The notes under the pieces are model-generated. The model was not told the DNA's origin. It saw only the letters and a program-made list of their open reading frames with translations, and ran no database searches. This document shows, piece after piece, positions 45,510-55,707 of a DNA stretch of 64,000 bases; the stretch's first letter is position 1, and every line of letters starts with the position of its first letter. A program made the translations under genes and the position numbers. This DNA comes from a bacterium (GTDB taxonomy: Bacteria; Patescibacteriota; Minisyncoccia; Phycocordibacterales; Phycocordibacteraceae), in assembly GCA_021802705.1 (NCBI GenBank), contig JAJZRL010000002.1, positions 25,913 to 89,912 of the forward strand. The letters are read 5' to 3'.

Positions 45510-47687
45510 ATGATTCTCGGGCGGCATCGCCGATTGCGGCATATTCTTTTCGTATCCGTTCTCGTGTTTTTCGGGTTCTTTTTTCTTATAGCCGGAGGCA
45601 TGCTTATTGCGGTTGCCGTTACGCCGGTGCCCGATATAAGCTCTTTCGCCGCGCGACAAGTCGATCAGTCGACGAAGATTTACGATCGTACCGGGCAGGT
45701 CTTGCTTTACGACTATAACCGTGACGCAAAACGCAACGTCGTTCCCCTCTCGGAAATATCCCCAAATGCTATAAATGCGACGATCGCTATCGAGGATTCG
45801 AGTTTCTACGAGCACGGCGGAATCCGTATAACCTCGATCATCCGCGCGATGCTCGCCGATATTTTCAGCGGATCGCTCTCGCAGGGAGGATCGACCATTA
45901 CGCAACAGGTGGTGAAAAACACGCTCCTTACGGACGAGAAAAGCATCTCCAGGAAAATACACGAGCTGGTGCTCGCGATAAAACTTGAACAGGTATATTC
46001 AAAAGACCAGATCCTCGAGGCGTATCTGAACGATATCCCGTACGGCGGGACGCTCTATGGGATCGAAGCCGCTTCCGAGGCTTATTTCGGGGTTCCGGCA
46101 AAAGACCTGACGGTTGCCGAATCCGCCTACCTCGCGGCCATGATCCAGGCCCCGACCTACTACTCGCCGTACGGTAAGCATCGCGCCGAGCTTGACGCGC
46201 GTAAAAACCTCGTCCTCGACCGTATGCATACCCTCGGGTTCATAGACGATACTACGTATGCTTCGGCAAAAAATGAAACGGTAACCTTCGCACCGGAGGG
46301 AGGACAAAACTCCATCATCGCGCCGCACTTCGTTTTCTATATCCTCAACGAGCTCAAACAGACGTATGGGCAGGGGGCGCTCGTTTCCGGTCTTAAGGTG
46401 ACCACGACGCTTGATGCTGATCTTGAGGTGAAGGCGGAATCGCTTGTCCAGCAGTATGCGCGAGAGAACGAGAAAAAATTCAAAGCCTCGAATGCCGCAT
46501 TGGTCGCGATCGATCCCCCGACCGGGCAAATCCTTGCTATGGTCGGATCGAGAAACTTCTTTGATTCCGCTATTGATGGCCAATATAATGCCGCGCTCGC
46601 GTTACGGCAGCCGGGATCGACCATGAAGCCGTTTATCTATTCTCTTGCGCTTATGCGCGGCTATACGCGCGATACGGTCGTCTTCGACGTTCCGACGCAA
46701 TTCTCAACCGCGTGCAGCCCTTCCGACGTCACCAACAGCACGCCTCCTTGTTATGCTCCCGTTGATTTCGATAACAGGTTCCGGGGTCCTATGACATTTG
46801 AAACCGCGCTTGCTCAATCGATAAACGTTCCGGCTATTAAAGTGCTTTACCTGGTCGGGATAGAAAACGCGATAAACCTCGCAAAATCGTTCGGGCTCAC
46901 GTCTCTTGGCGATCCGAGCCAGTACGGTCTTACGCTGGTGCTTGGCGGCGGCGAAGTGCGGCTCCTCGACCTTGTCGGGGCATACGCCGCATTCGCTGAT
47001 GATGGCGTTAAGAATACCCCGACCGGAATACTCGAGGTCGACGACGCTCAAGGGAATGTCCTTCAGAAATACACGCCGAACCCCATACGGGTCATTCCGG
47101 CAAACATAGCGAGGGATATGTCCGCCATGCTCTCCGACGCCCCGGCACGCTTGCCGGAATATCCTCTCAACTCCCCTCTTTCTTTCCCCGGATACGATGT
47201 TGCGGTAAAAACAGGGACGACAAACGATACGCGCGATGCGTGGGTCGTCGGATACACTCCGTCTATAGCGATCGGGGTGTGGGCAGGCAATAACGACAAC
47301 ACGCCGATGGTGAAATCGATCGCGGGTTACATCGCCGCGCCTATGTGGCATGCGGTCATGGCTTATGCTCTCTCGAAATATCCGAAAGAGTATTTCGGGG
47401 AACCCGATCCGATCCTCCCGTCGGTTCCGCCGATGCTTCAAGGAAACTGGCGCATCCCCGATACGAATGGAAACATCGTGCCGCACAGCCTATTATATTG
47501 GGTCGATAAAAATAATCCTTTAGGGCCTCCGCCTTCGGATCCGTCGAGTGATCCTCAATTTATATACTGGGAGTACGGCATTTCCGCGTGGTACGCTTCT
47601 CATCCTGATCTCTTTTCAGGGGGTGCTCTATTACCGGTTCCGCTCTCATCCGCGGCAACAACTTCCGCTACAACGACGTCTCAGTAG
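45510..47687 (+). CDS. Class A penicillin-binding protein (PBP1A family)
   Basis: AIEDSSFYEHGG, QGGSTITQQVVKN, RKIHE; RQPGSTMKP, SIN, KTGT. Confidence 0.95.
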   Translation: MILGRHRRLRHILFVSVLVFFGFFFLIAGGMLIAVAVTPVPDISSFAARQVDQSTKIYDRTGQVLLYDYNRDAKRNVVPLSEISPNAINATIAIEDSSFYEHGGIRITSIIRAMLADIFSGSLSQGGSTITQQVVKNTLLTDEKSISRKIHELVLAIKLEQVYSKDQILEAYLNDIPYGGTLYGIEAASEAYFGVPAKDLTVAESAYLAAMIQAPTYYSPYGKHRAELDARKNLVLDRMHTLGFIDDTTYASAKNETVTFAPEGGQNSIIAPHFVFYILNELKQTYGQGALVSGLKVTTTLDADLEVKAESLVQQYARENEKKFKASNAALVAIDPPTGQILAMVGSRNFFDSAIDGQYNAALALRQPGSTMKPFIYSLALMRGYTRDTVVFDVPTQFSTACSPSDVTNSTPPCYAPVDFDNRFRGPMTFETALAQSINVPAIKVLYLVGIENAINLAKSFGLTSLGDPSQYGLTLVLGGGEVRLLDLVGAYAAFADDGVKNTPTGILEVDDAQGNVLQKYTPNPIRVIPANIARDMSAMLSDAPARLPEYPLNSPLSFPGYDVAVKTGTTNDTRDAWVVGYTPSIAIGVWAGNNDNTPMVKSIAGYIAAPMWHAVMAYALSKYPKEYFGEPDPILPSVPPMLQGNWRIPDTNGNIVPHSLLYWVDKNNPLGPPPSDPSSDPQFIYWEYGISAWYASHPDLFSGGALLPVPLSSAATTSATTTSQ

Positions 47688-47692
47688 AAGGG

Positions 47693-48793
47693 TTACTGGT
47701 TCATCGGAGAAACCAGATAAAGAAGAGAAGCGTCCCCTACCCCGCGTATGATAAGCGGGCGGCCAGGACCGGCTGCTGAAAGCGAAATGCTTTCTGATTG
47801 AGAGAGAGCGAGTGCGGCGGAAAGATACCGATAATTGAAAGAGAGATCGAGCATGCTTCCGTTTACATGAGCAGGGATCGTTTCCGATGATTCCCCAAGA
47901 TCGGTATTGTGAGCGAAAAAAGAAATATGATTCTTTTTCGGATCGAACCGTATATTCACTTTTTGGAAGATGTCTGAAAAAATCGCTGTTTGTTTGAGGC
48001 TGATTTCGAAATCCTTCCGTAAAACTACGGCTTCGGCGAGCGATTCTTTCGGTATGATCTGACGATAATCCGGATAGGTCGCATTCGTAAGCCTTGAAAC
48101 GATCGTTCCCATCGAACCGATAAAGGCGCAATGGTGGTCGTCAAACGAAACGGCTATATCTTCATCGGGGAGCGCTTGGGCTATTTCAACCGCGTTCTTT
48201 GCAGGTATGAGGAGCTTGCCTTGAGTCCCCTTGTTCGTGAGCGGTATCTTCTTTTCCGCGAGCCTGAACGAATCGGTCGCCACAGCCGTCAACACCCCTC
48301 CTTCGATAGAAAGATAGATGCTTGCGAGCTCGGGTCGGACCGTTGAATTCGAGGTGCAAGACGTAAGCGAAGAAAGAAGCGTCCGCAGGAGAGCTCCGGG
48401 GAGCGTAATCGAGTTTTTCGGATTTTCGGGAAACGGGATCGAGGGAAAATCTTCGTAGGGGACGGTCTTGATCGAGCTTCTGCCCATACCGCTTGAGAGT
48501 GAGACTATGTCTCCTGAGTGTTCGAGCGTTACCGTACCGTCGAGCGTAAGCGAAGCGGCGATCTGCTGGAGGAGCGTCGCTGGGATTGCAACGACACCGT
48601 CAGACACGCGAGTTCCCTCAACGGTAAGATCGATCCCTGTTTCAAGATTGGTCGCGCGCATCTTTATCCCTTCATCGCTGACGATGATGAGGATCGAAGA
48701 GAGCGCCGGGAGCGTCGCGCTTTTACGTTCCGCGAATCTTGCAACCTTATACACAGCATCTATAAATTTCTTCTTTTCTATTGAGATATTCAT
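47693..48793 (-). CDS. dnaN: DNA polymerase III beta sliding clamp
   Basis: ATNLE, RPEL, VATDSFRLAE, YPDYRQIIP, FNYRYL, LVSPM. Confidence 0.96.
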   Translation of the reverse strand: MNISIEKKKFIDAVYKVARFAERKSATLPALSSILIIVSDEGIKMRATNLETGIDLTVEGTRVSDGVVAIPATLLQQIAASLTLDGTVTLEHSGDIVSLSSGMGRSSIKTVPYEDFPSIPFPENPKNSITLPGALLRTLLSSLTSCTSNSTVRPELASIYLSIEGGVLTAVATDSFRLAEKKIPLTNKGTQGKLLIPAKNAVEIAQALPDEDIAVSFDDHHCAFIGSMGTIVSRLTNATYPDYRQIIPKESLAEAVVLRKDFEISLKQTAIFSDIFQKVNIRFDPKKNHISFFAHNTDLGESSETIPAHVNGSMLDLSFNYRYLSAALALSQSESISLSAAGPGRPLIIRGVGDASLLYLVSPMNQ

Positions 48794-48905
48794 ACAAGTC
48801 TTTTATTAGAGCTGTTGATAACGGGATAACGATAAGGGTGGCTTAAAATAATGGTTTTTCCTGTTGAGGCATCAACACATTGTGTTGATAAGTGTCGCCG
48901 CACAT
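48794..48905. other. Probable oriC (dnaA-dnaN intergenic region)
   Basis: DnaA-box variants TTATCAACA (as tgttgataa at 48813-48821 and 48883-48891), repeated GATAA units, AT-rich. Confidence 0.7.
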
Positions 48906-50258
48906 TCATACAAGGAGCGTCCGGATATTTTGAATTTCTTTTGCGAGCTCGGTATCCACAACAACTTCACGCTTTATCTTCTCACAGGAGTGGATAACCG
49001 TCGTATGATCGCGTCCGCCGAGCTTCGTGCCGATTGTCGGGTACGAGATATTAAAATCCTCCCGCAAGAGATACATGATGACCTGTCTCGGCCGTACCAC
49101 TTCCCTTCTGCGCGTTTTTTCATAAATACTCTCTTCATCGATCCCGTAGAATTCCGCAACCTTATCGACTACATTCTTAACCGAGACGTTTTTTTGCGGA
49201 CGCATGAACGAGCGTAGCGATTGCCGTATTTCAGCTATATCCGGCGGAGACCCCTTCACCTGAGCATGGCAGATGATGGTATTTACCATACCCTCCAATT
49301 CCCGTATCGATCCGGTTATGGAACATGCAACATACTCAACAACTTCATCGGAAAGCATGATCCCATGAGCAGCGGCCTTTTTCTTGATAATAGCCATACG
49401 CGACTCCGTATCGGGCTCCCCGATATCGACAGCCATACCGCTCGCTAACCGCCCCTTAAGGCGTTCTGTGATATCAGGGATAGCGACAGGTGGCCGGTCG
49501 GACGAAAAGACGATCTGCTTATTCGTATCGTACAGGGCGTTAAAGAGATGGAAAAGCTCTTCCTGGGTCTTTTCTTTCTTTGAAAGAAATTGCACATCAT
49601 CCATGATAAGGAGGTCATATTGACGGTACTTATCCTTAAACCGGTTTGCCGTGCCGGCTTGCACGGAGTCGGTATAATCGACGGCGAATTTTTCGGACGT
49701 AAGATAAAACGCTTTCCGACCCGGATACTGTTTTTTAAATTGATTACCGATAGCTTGTATGAGGTGTGTTTTCCCTCTTCCGGTCGCGCCATAGATAAAG
49801 AGCGGATTATAGGAGATACCCGGGCGCTGCAGGGTTGCTTGCGCGGCCGTATGCGCGAGCGCATTGAACGAACCGACGATGAACGTATCGAAAGTGTAAC
49901 GGGGGTTCAGATTATCGCTTTTATTGATATAGAACTCATGCAGAGGAAGCTCGATAACACCCCGGACCGGCTTCGATTCCTTTACGACCTTACGCCGATC
50001 ATCTTTTACGATGAGGTACTCTATATTGCGGAACTCGTATGATATACCCCGAACTATCTTTAGTAGAAGCGCGTGAAATTTCTTAAGGTACCAGTCTTTG
50101 AAAAACTGGCTCGGAACCCCGATATATACCACCCCCTCGTCATCTATCTTTACTATGAAGCTATTACGGAACCATGTATTGAAATTCGCCGGAGATATGG
50201 AAAGTTCGACCTGGGTGAGCACGTATTCCCATAACTCCCGAGGATTCTTCCTATCCAT
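48906..50258 (-). CDS. dnaA: Chromosomal replication initiator DnaA
   Basis: LNPRYTFDTF, YNPLFIYGATGRGKTHL, DDVQF, RELEG, RPRQVIMYL, GGRDHTTVIH. Confidence 0.97.
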   Translation of the reverse strand: MDRKNPRELWEYVLTQVELSISPANFNTWFRNSFIVKIDDEGVVYIGVPSQFFKDWYLKKFHALLLKIVRGISYEFRNIEYLIVKDDRRKVVKESKPVRGVIELPLHEFYINKSDNLNPRYTFDTFIVGSFNALAHTAAQATLQRPGISYNPLFIYGATGRGKTHLIQAIGNQFKKQYPGRKAFYLTSEKFAVDYTDSVQAGTANRFKDKYRQYDLLIMDDVQFLSKKEKTQEELFHLFNALYDTNKQIVFSSDRPPVAIPDITERLKGRLASGMAVDIGEPDTESRMAIIKKKAAAHGIMLSDEVVEYVACSITGSIRELEGMVNTIICHAQVKGSPPDIAEIRQSLRSFMRPQKNVSVKNVVDKVAEFYGIDEESIYEKTRRREVVRPRQVIMYLLREDFNISYPTIGTKLGGRDHTTVIHSCEKIKREVVVDTELAKEIQNIRTLLV

Positions 50259-50355
50259 ATTGTCATGGATTATACGCTTCCTGGAAAAAACATCACCTAC
50301 TGGTGTTTCGTGGAGAACCTGTTAGTATCATGTGTACAATCTAACGATTCCCAGC

Positions 50356-50493
50356 ATGTCAAAACAGACCTATCAGCCGAAGAAACGGAAACGCGCAAAA
50401 ACACATGGTTTCCTCACAAGGACGAAATCAGCTTCCGGTCGCAAGATATTGCGCGGCCGCCGCCGCGTCGGGAGAGCCTCTCTCGCGGTCTGA
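50356..50493 (+). CDS. rpmH: 50S ribosomal protein L34 (below ORF-track cutoff)
   Basis: [45 protein letters not shown]. Confidence 0.95.
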   Translation: MSKQTYQPKKRKRAKTHGFLTRTKSASGRKILRGRRRVGRASLAV

Positions 50494-50507
50494 TTCGATA
50501 ATTTCCC

Positions 50508-50819
50508 GTGTTTCCGCGCCGAAAACGGCTTTCTCGAGAAAATTTCCCCATCGTCCTTAAGGGCGGCCGAAGGCTCTCTTCGGCGCATTTTAATGCGGTT
50601 TTCTCGGAAGCGACGGAAGGATACGCTGTCGTTCTTTCAAAAAAGACAGCCCCTCTTTCGGTTACGAGACATCTCGTGCGGCGGAGGGTGCTTTCCGCGC
50701 TTCGGACGCTTTCTCTCCCCCCTTCCCTCGTCATTTTCCCGAAACAGTCCGTAACGACGCTTAAACAACAGGATATTCGCGACGAACTTTCCGAACTTCT
50801 TTCTAAAATAAATCGATAG
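50508..50819 (+). CDS. rnpA: Ribonuclease P protein component
   Basis: RL...F, VVLSKK..PLSVTRHLVRRR (RNR-like motif); rpmH-rnpA-yidC synteny. Confidence 0.85.
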   Translation: MFPRRKRLSRENFPIVLKGGRRLSSAHFNAVFSEATEGYAVVLSKKTAPLSVTRHLVRRRVLSALRTLSLPPSLVIFPKQSVTTLKQQDIRDELSELLSKINR

Positions 50820-50834
50820 CGTACAATAAGAATC

Positions 50835-51581
50835 GTGATATCAGCCTTCTTCCACACGGCGTTCTATAACCCGATTTACAACGCGCTCGTCGCGCTCGTC
50901 GCTTTTATACCGGGCGGGGACGTCGGGATAGCCGTTATCGTGCTCACAATCATCATAAGGGTCGTTCTCCTCCCTTTTTCGCTCTCCACGGCCCGCACGC
51001 AGCGGGCGATGAAGTTTCTAGAACCGCGGATAAAAGAGCTTAAGGAGAAACATAAGAACAATAAGGAGCAGGAAGCGCTTGAAACGCTCGCTCTTTATCG
51101 CGAAGCGAGGGTTAACCCGTTTGCCGGCATCCTTACGGTTTTCATACAGATACCGGTCCTTCTTGCACTTTACTGGGTTTTTCTCTACGAGCCATTCTCG
51201 ACGCTTGATACGGCACGGCTCTATTTTTTTACCCCAATCCCCCACACCGTTTCCCTCGAATTTCTCGGGATCATTTCCGTCGCCTCAAAAAGCATCTTTC
51301 TCGCGGTGCTCGCCGGGTTTACGCAGTTTCTCCAGGCGCGTCTCGCCCTTTCAGGAATGACGCAACCGGCCGCAAACGAAAAGAGCATGCAGGGCGATTT
51401 CCAAAAAGTGATGAATATGCAGCTCAAATACGTATTCCCATTCATCATCGGCACGATTTCTTATACGACGTCCAGCGCCATAGCTTTATATTTCATCACG
51501 ACGAATATCGCCGGCGCGCTTCAGGAATGGCACGTGCGACACCGCGTACACGCGGAATTCGGACAAGTGTCCGGATCCTGA
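50835..51581 (+). CDS. yidC: Membrane protein insertase YidC/Oxa1 (short form)
   Basis: GIAVIVLTIIIRVVLLP, P.IKELKEK, LYREARVNPF, IQIP, ALYF. Confidence 0.93.
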   Translation: MISAFFHTAFYNPIYNALVALVAFIPGGDVGIAVIVLTIIIRVVLLPFSLSTARTQRAMKFLEPRIKELKEKHKNNKEQEALETLALYREARVNPFAGILTVFIQIPVLLALYWVFLYEPFSTLDTARLYFFTPIPHTVSLEFLGIISVASKSIFLAVLAGFTQFLQARLALSGMTQPAANEKSMQGDFQKVMNMQLKYVFPFIIGTISYTTSSAIALYFITTNIAGALQEWHVRHRVHAEFGQVSGS

Positions 51582-51582
51582 T

Positions 51583-52794
51583 TCAAAGCTTATACGCCCA
51601 GAGCGACCCGTCGTTCTTATTGAAGAAAGCGAGAACGCTGTTTGCCGGATCTATCGAGAGCGCCTCGGCATCAAGAGGCGTATTCGTTTCCTTTGAAAAA
51701 TCGAGCACGAGCTGCGCATAGCGGCCGGAAACGTTTATCTTCCAGATACGGTCGGAGAAATGGACGGCCCCCTGATACCAGTCATCCGGATACGCATAGG
51801 TTTCAGGCGGGCTCATCGGCACGCCGCAGTAAATCATCGAGCTGTCCGTTGTCCATGTGCACTTATCAGCGATTGTCGCTATAGGAAGCTGGATCGTCTC
51901 GCCGGTCGTCGCGTTTACAAGCTCCGTCTGCATCCCTTTCGGGAGCGTATAGCTCACGAGCACCCATTCTCCCGACGGGCTTGCAAGCGCGACAAGGCCG
52001 TTTAAGGGCCCCGCAATCCTCGAAAAATGCCCCGCGCCGTCAACGATAAACGCGTCCCCTGGAAGCGTTGCCGACGGTTTCGTAAACGCCAGATAATGCC
52101 CTTTCCCGGCAAAGGAAACGCGAAGCGCTGCGAGCGGGGTCGTGAATACCACCGAGGATCCGGTGCCGTCGGTATGCATGAGAGAAGCCGATGATCCGTT
52201 TACGCCGGAAGCAAGCGCGAGCACACTTGTCGAAGAAACCGAGACATCCGCGAGGTCTTGGGGCAGAAAGAAACCGCTTGAACCGTCTGAGGGCAGCCCA
52301 TAGGTGTTTACCGTGGAAAAATCGGATCCGGAGAGGTAGCGGACGAAGGCGAGAGAGGCGTCGGGAAGCCACGATGCTTCTTCAATTCCCGGGATCGTCC
52401 GGTTGCTTATCCGTGTAAGCGTCCCTGCCTGTACGAGGTATGAAAAGACGTTCCCGCTTTGCCGTTCGATATAGGAGACCCCGACGTCGGGAGACGAGCT
52501 TGCATTTTGTGCGGAAATATCGACCACCGCTTCTCCGGGTACGACCGGACCGGCGCTTATTTCTACGAGCCGGGCTGAGATCGGTACCGGCGAAGGAGCC
52601 TGGACGGCCGTTGTGGTGCTCGCCTCTCCGGGGAGCGTTCCTTGTCCGGCAACCGGTAACCCCGCGGTATTGTCTGTGCCTGTCTTCGGGCCGACCGCAA
52701 GCCTTGCGGAAGGAGCGAAGAAGTAGAAGTATGTCGCCGTTCCGATTCCGGCGAGGAGGATTACGATCGCGGTGATGGTAAGTGTGCGGCGCAT
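51583..52794 (-). CDS. Membrane-anchored putative beta-propeller protein
   Basis: N-terminal TM; repeated beta strands; KC.W...IYCGVP, PDDWYQG. Confidence 0.7.
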   Translation of the reverse strand: MRRTLTITAIVILLAGIGTATYFYFFAPSARLAVGPKTGTDNTAGLPVAGQGTLPGEASTTTAVQAPSPVPISARLVEISAGPVVPGEAVVDISAQNASSSPDVGVSYIERQSGNVFSYLVQAGTLTRISNRTIPGIEEASWLPDASLAFVRYLSGSDFSTVNTYGLPSDGSSGFFLPQDLADVSVSSTSVLALASGVNGSSASLMHTDGTGSSVVFTTPLAALRVSFAGKGHYLAFTKPSATLPGDAFIVDGAGHFSRIAGPLNGLVALASPSGEWVLVSYTLPKGMQTELVNATTGETIQLPIATIADKCTWTTDSSMIYCGVPMSPPETYAYPDDWYQGAVHFSDRIWKINVSGRYAQLVLDFSKETNTPLDAEALSIDPANSVLAFFNKNDGSLWAYKL

Positions 52795-52795
52795 A

Positions 52796-54046
52796 TTAGT
52801 TTAAAGGTTGCAACGTAAATTGGAGGTTTGGTTGACAAATATAATTATTACTCGAATTGGTGAAATTTGAGAAGGATGTGAATTTGCTAATGATAGAATT
52901 CGCCTGGTTCGCATCAGCAGAATCGAAGCAATAGTATGTTTGATCAAAACATTTTTTACTAGCGCTTCCTGATACTGGTGTTGAGTATGAGGGACAGCTA
53001 GTTTGTGAAAAAAGAGCGGTAGTTTGATTGGTACATACATAGCCGCCATCTGCATTACAGCCGTTTATAAACTGCGATAGAGACGCGCTCGTCTGAGCGT
53101 CAAAGGGCTCCAAGTTTGCGGTTGTCATTGACTGTGCTCCGATATCCATGAGCAAATAAGACTGAGGCGATGCCCCCTCGCAGCTAACAGTCGCTTGAAG
53201 ACAGCCGCTAGAATTAGAAGACGTGCAAGTTACCGAAGAACTATTAGCTCCAAAAAGGCCGAAAAAAGAAGTGCTGCAATTATTTGAAAGCCACTGCTTT
53301 GCAATATTGTCAGCGCTAAGCCCGCCCTTAGCCGCGCAACTCGCGGTTTTTAAATAACTAGTACCAGTAACAGTGCAACCGGTAGCGCTATCGACTGTCG
53401 TAGGGATAGAGTTGTTACCACCTCCCGCAAAAGATGCCGTTTTTAGATTAAGTGGCGGGATATTGAGTGAGAGGTTCAGGATACTCGGATTGATGATGCT
53501 AAAGACGAGGACCGGCGAGAGGACGAGAACGAGACCGAGAAGAGCCTGCGTGATGCGCTTCTTGCCGTCGCTTTGCTTGCTTACGCTGTCTTTCGTCGAT
53601 ATCTCGAGACCACCCCATATGATCATGATAACCGCAAGGATAGCCGCAACGCCGATGAGATATTTATAGAGGTTGTTGAGGAAATTGGAGAGCCCGCTCG
53701 AATTTGCCACGGTTCCTTGCGTAAGGCCGGGAATTCCGGCAAGAGGGACGAATCCGCTGGTGTTTGAGCCTTGCGACGAGACTGTCGTGTTTGAAGGATT
53801 ATTGCTTGCATTTGTTGTCGGATTTGTCGTTTGTCCGGTAGCGCTTGTTCCTGCCGAGGAGCTGGAACCCGATGCTTGGCACGTCATGCTCGCGCCATCA
53901 TATGAAACCTGACACGTGCCGTTCGCACCCGATGACGTGCTGCACGGGACCCCGACGTTTTGGTTCGTACAATCAGTGATCAGCGCCGCATGTGCCACGC
54001 CGACCGTGCCGAGCATTACAAGCGTGAGGAAAGCGAGTTTTTTCAT
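52796..54046 (-). CDS. VirB2/TrbC-like pilin-domain protein with Cys-rich extensions
   Basis: Signal peptide; LYKYLIGVAAILAVIMIIWGG...GKKRITQALLGLVLVL...INP core; AT-rich Cys-rich C-terminus. Confidence 0.75.
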   Translation of the reverse strand: MKKLAFLTLVMLGTVGVAHAALITDCTNQNVGVPCSTSSGANGTCQVSYDGASMTCQASGSSSSAGTSATGQTTNPTTNASNNPSNTTVSSQGSNTSGFVPLAGIPGLTQGTVANSSGLSNFLNNLYKYLIGVAAILAVIMIIWGGLEISTKDSVSKQSDGKKRITQALLGLVLVLSPVLVFSIINPSILNLSLNIPPLNLKTASFAGGGNNSIPTTVDSATGCTVTGTSYLKTASCAAKGGLSADNIAKQWLSNNCSTSFFGLFGANSSSVTCTSSNSSGCLQATVSCEGASPQSYLLMDIGAQSMTTANLEPFDAQTSASLSQFINGCNADGGYVCTNQTTALFSQTSCPSYSTPVSGSASKKCFDQTYYCFDSADANQANSIISKFTSFSNFTNSSNNYICQPNLQFTLQPLN

Positions 54047-55047
54047 AAGCCGAATAGGTTACCGCTCCCCTGCGTTTCGAAAGAAAGCGGCAGAACCGTC
54101 GTCGCCTTTATGAAATCTCCCGAAGAACCGACGAGCGAAAGCGATGCGCTGCCCTTCCCCGATCCGGTTGGCCGGAGCGTTATCAGGTTGCCGGTTTGTG
54201 AAAGCGCGTTATTCAAAAACCATTGAAGCGCCGGCGCGCCGGTTCCGGTCGGGAAGGAGAAAGGAGCCGCATAGAGAGATGTTTCTGTTCCGGTGATAGT
54301 GTATCCTCCCGAAAGCGTATGGTCATAGAGAATGCCGAGGAGCGGATCGTTTATATAGATACGCACGGTCGGTTCCTGAGCCGTAAGCGAAACGGATGCT
54401 CCGCCCACAAAGACTCCATTCTGGCTCTCGACGACAACCGAGACATTCCTACTACGGTACTGGAGCGGCGAGGCGACAATGATGGCTTCTTTTCCGATAC
54501 CCGAAACGCTCGATATGCTCGCCCCGTCCACCGTCCACGCGTACGAAAGCGTGGCGGGATCGAGAGGCTTCCCCGCGGCGTTCCTAATGTCTGCCATCGC
54601 AACGACGCGTACGGTCCCCTCAAGCGGTACGAGCGGGTTCCCCGGATAGAGCGCCGGCGCCGAAGAGATCGGCTCGGCGATAAGCACGACATCCTGCGGC
54701 CGTACGGAGACGCTGCGGCTGTACGTTGTTCCTCCCGATGAGATGACCGCTTTGATTGTCGTAAGGCTCCCCGCTTCCCCGAGAGGAATGCTGACCGGCT
54801 GCACATTTCCTGAATAGGTTTCCTTGCCGTTGACGAAAACCGTCATCGTCGCGTTTGCCAGGTTGAGCGATGTCGAAAGCGCGGTAAGGGTTACCGAGCT
54901 CGAAGGAGAAGGGTTTTGCGGGCTTATCGAAAGAGAGAAAGGATCAACGCTGTTGACATTGAACGATTGTGCGCCGGCTAGAACGGGCAAGAAAAAAGCA
55001 AGCCCGAGGAAGGTGATGCGAAGTGGCCGGAATGAGAACCCTTTCAT
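54043..55047 (-). CDS. Secreted Ig/PKD-like protein
   Basis: Signal peptide; ISPQNPSP, LSYAWTVDG, LQWFLNN. Confidence 0.7.
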   Translation of the reverse strand: MKGFSFRPLRITFLGLAFFLPVLAGAQSFNVNSVDPFSLSISPQNPSPSSSVTLTALSTSLNLANATMTVFVNGKETYSGNVQPVSIPLGEAGSLTTIKAVISSGGTTYSRSVSVRPQDVVLIAEPISSAPALYPGNPLVPLEGTVRVVAMADIRNAAGKPLDPATLSYAWTVDGASISSVSGIGKEAIIVASPLQYRSRNVSVVVESQNGVFVGGASVSLTAQEPTVRIYINDPLLGILYDHTLSGGYTITGTETSLYAAPFSFPTGTGAPALQWFLNNALSQTGNLITLRPTGSGKGSASLSLVGSSGDFIKATTVLPLSFETQGSGNLFGL

Positions 55048-55077
55048 TGCTCTTAGTATATCGCGTGCGCAAGAACT

Positions 55078-55707
55078 TTATGCGGCTTTGCGCACATCGT
55101 CGGGGATTTCATCCATACTCTCATCATTTGCCGCTTCGGCCGCTTTTATTTGTGTGATTTGCGCGGCTATCTGAGCCTGTTCTTGCCTTCCGGATTCGGC
55201 TTGCTCGCTCTCGTATCGTGCCAACGCCTCCCGATCCCGCTTTATTTGAGAGTGATACATCTTGAACGTAGTGCCGGTGAGTCCCGGCAATGAGCCGATA
55301 AAGGGCGTCTCGCTTATGAGAAGGCCAAACATAAACCAAAGCATATTGCCCGATGATTCCTTGAAGATACGCGCATTGGTGAGCATGATCATCAACCCAA
55401 CCGTAAGCCATCCGAAGAAACCAACCGCCACCGCCAAGATGATTCCGAGAACCTCAAGAGCAGGCCCGATGACGAATCCGGAGACACCTCCGCCCGCGGT
55501 GCCGAGAATACTGCTGATCCAAGTACCGAACAAACCGCTTGTTGCGGCAGTCGTACCGACGCCGATAAGGACCGGCCCGAAAAACCAAAACTGTTCGAAG
55601 AGGAACCGGACCGCATCAAAGACGAGCGCGGTTGTCATGACCGGCATCGCCCGCGTCCAGGTCATAACGCGCGGAGGCTCTTTACTGCTGTTTCTGCGTG
55701 AGATCAT
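55078..55707 (-). CDS. Multi-pass membrane protein downstream of virB4-like gene
   Basis: Gly-rich TMs, ETPFIGSLP; overlaps the ATPase stop. Confidence 0.7.
   Translation of the reverse strand: MISRRNSSKEPPRVMTWTRAMPVMTTALVFDAVRFLFEQFWFFGPVLIGVGTTAATSGLFGTWISSILGTAGGGVSGFVIGPALEVLGIILAVAVGFFGWLTVGLMIMLTNARIFKESSGNMLWFMFGLLISETPFIGSLPGLTGTTFKMYHSQIKRDREALARYESEQAESGRQEQAQIAAQITQIKAAEAANDESMDEIPDDVRKAA

Noticed and set aside
50356-50493. UGA recoding (genetic code 25)
   Set aside because: rpmH, argS, thyX and others end at TGA at the expected C-terminus; no in-frame TGA in conserved genes
10545-54046. Diversity-generating retroelement as the source of the variable surface domains
   Set aside because: No reverse transcriptase and no template/variable repeat pair differing at adenines seen in the window
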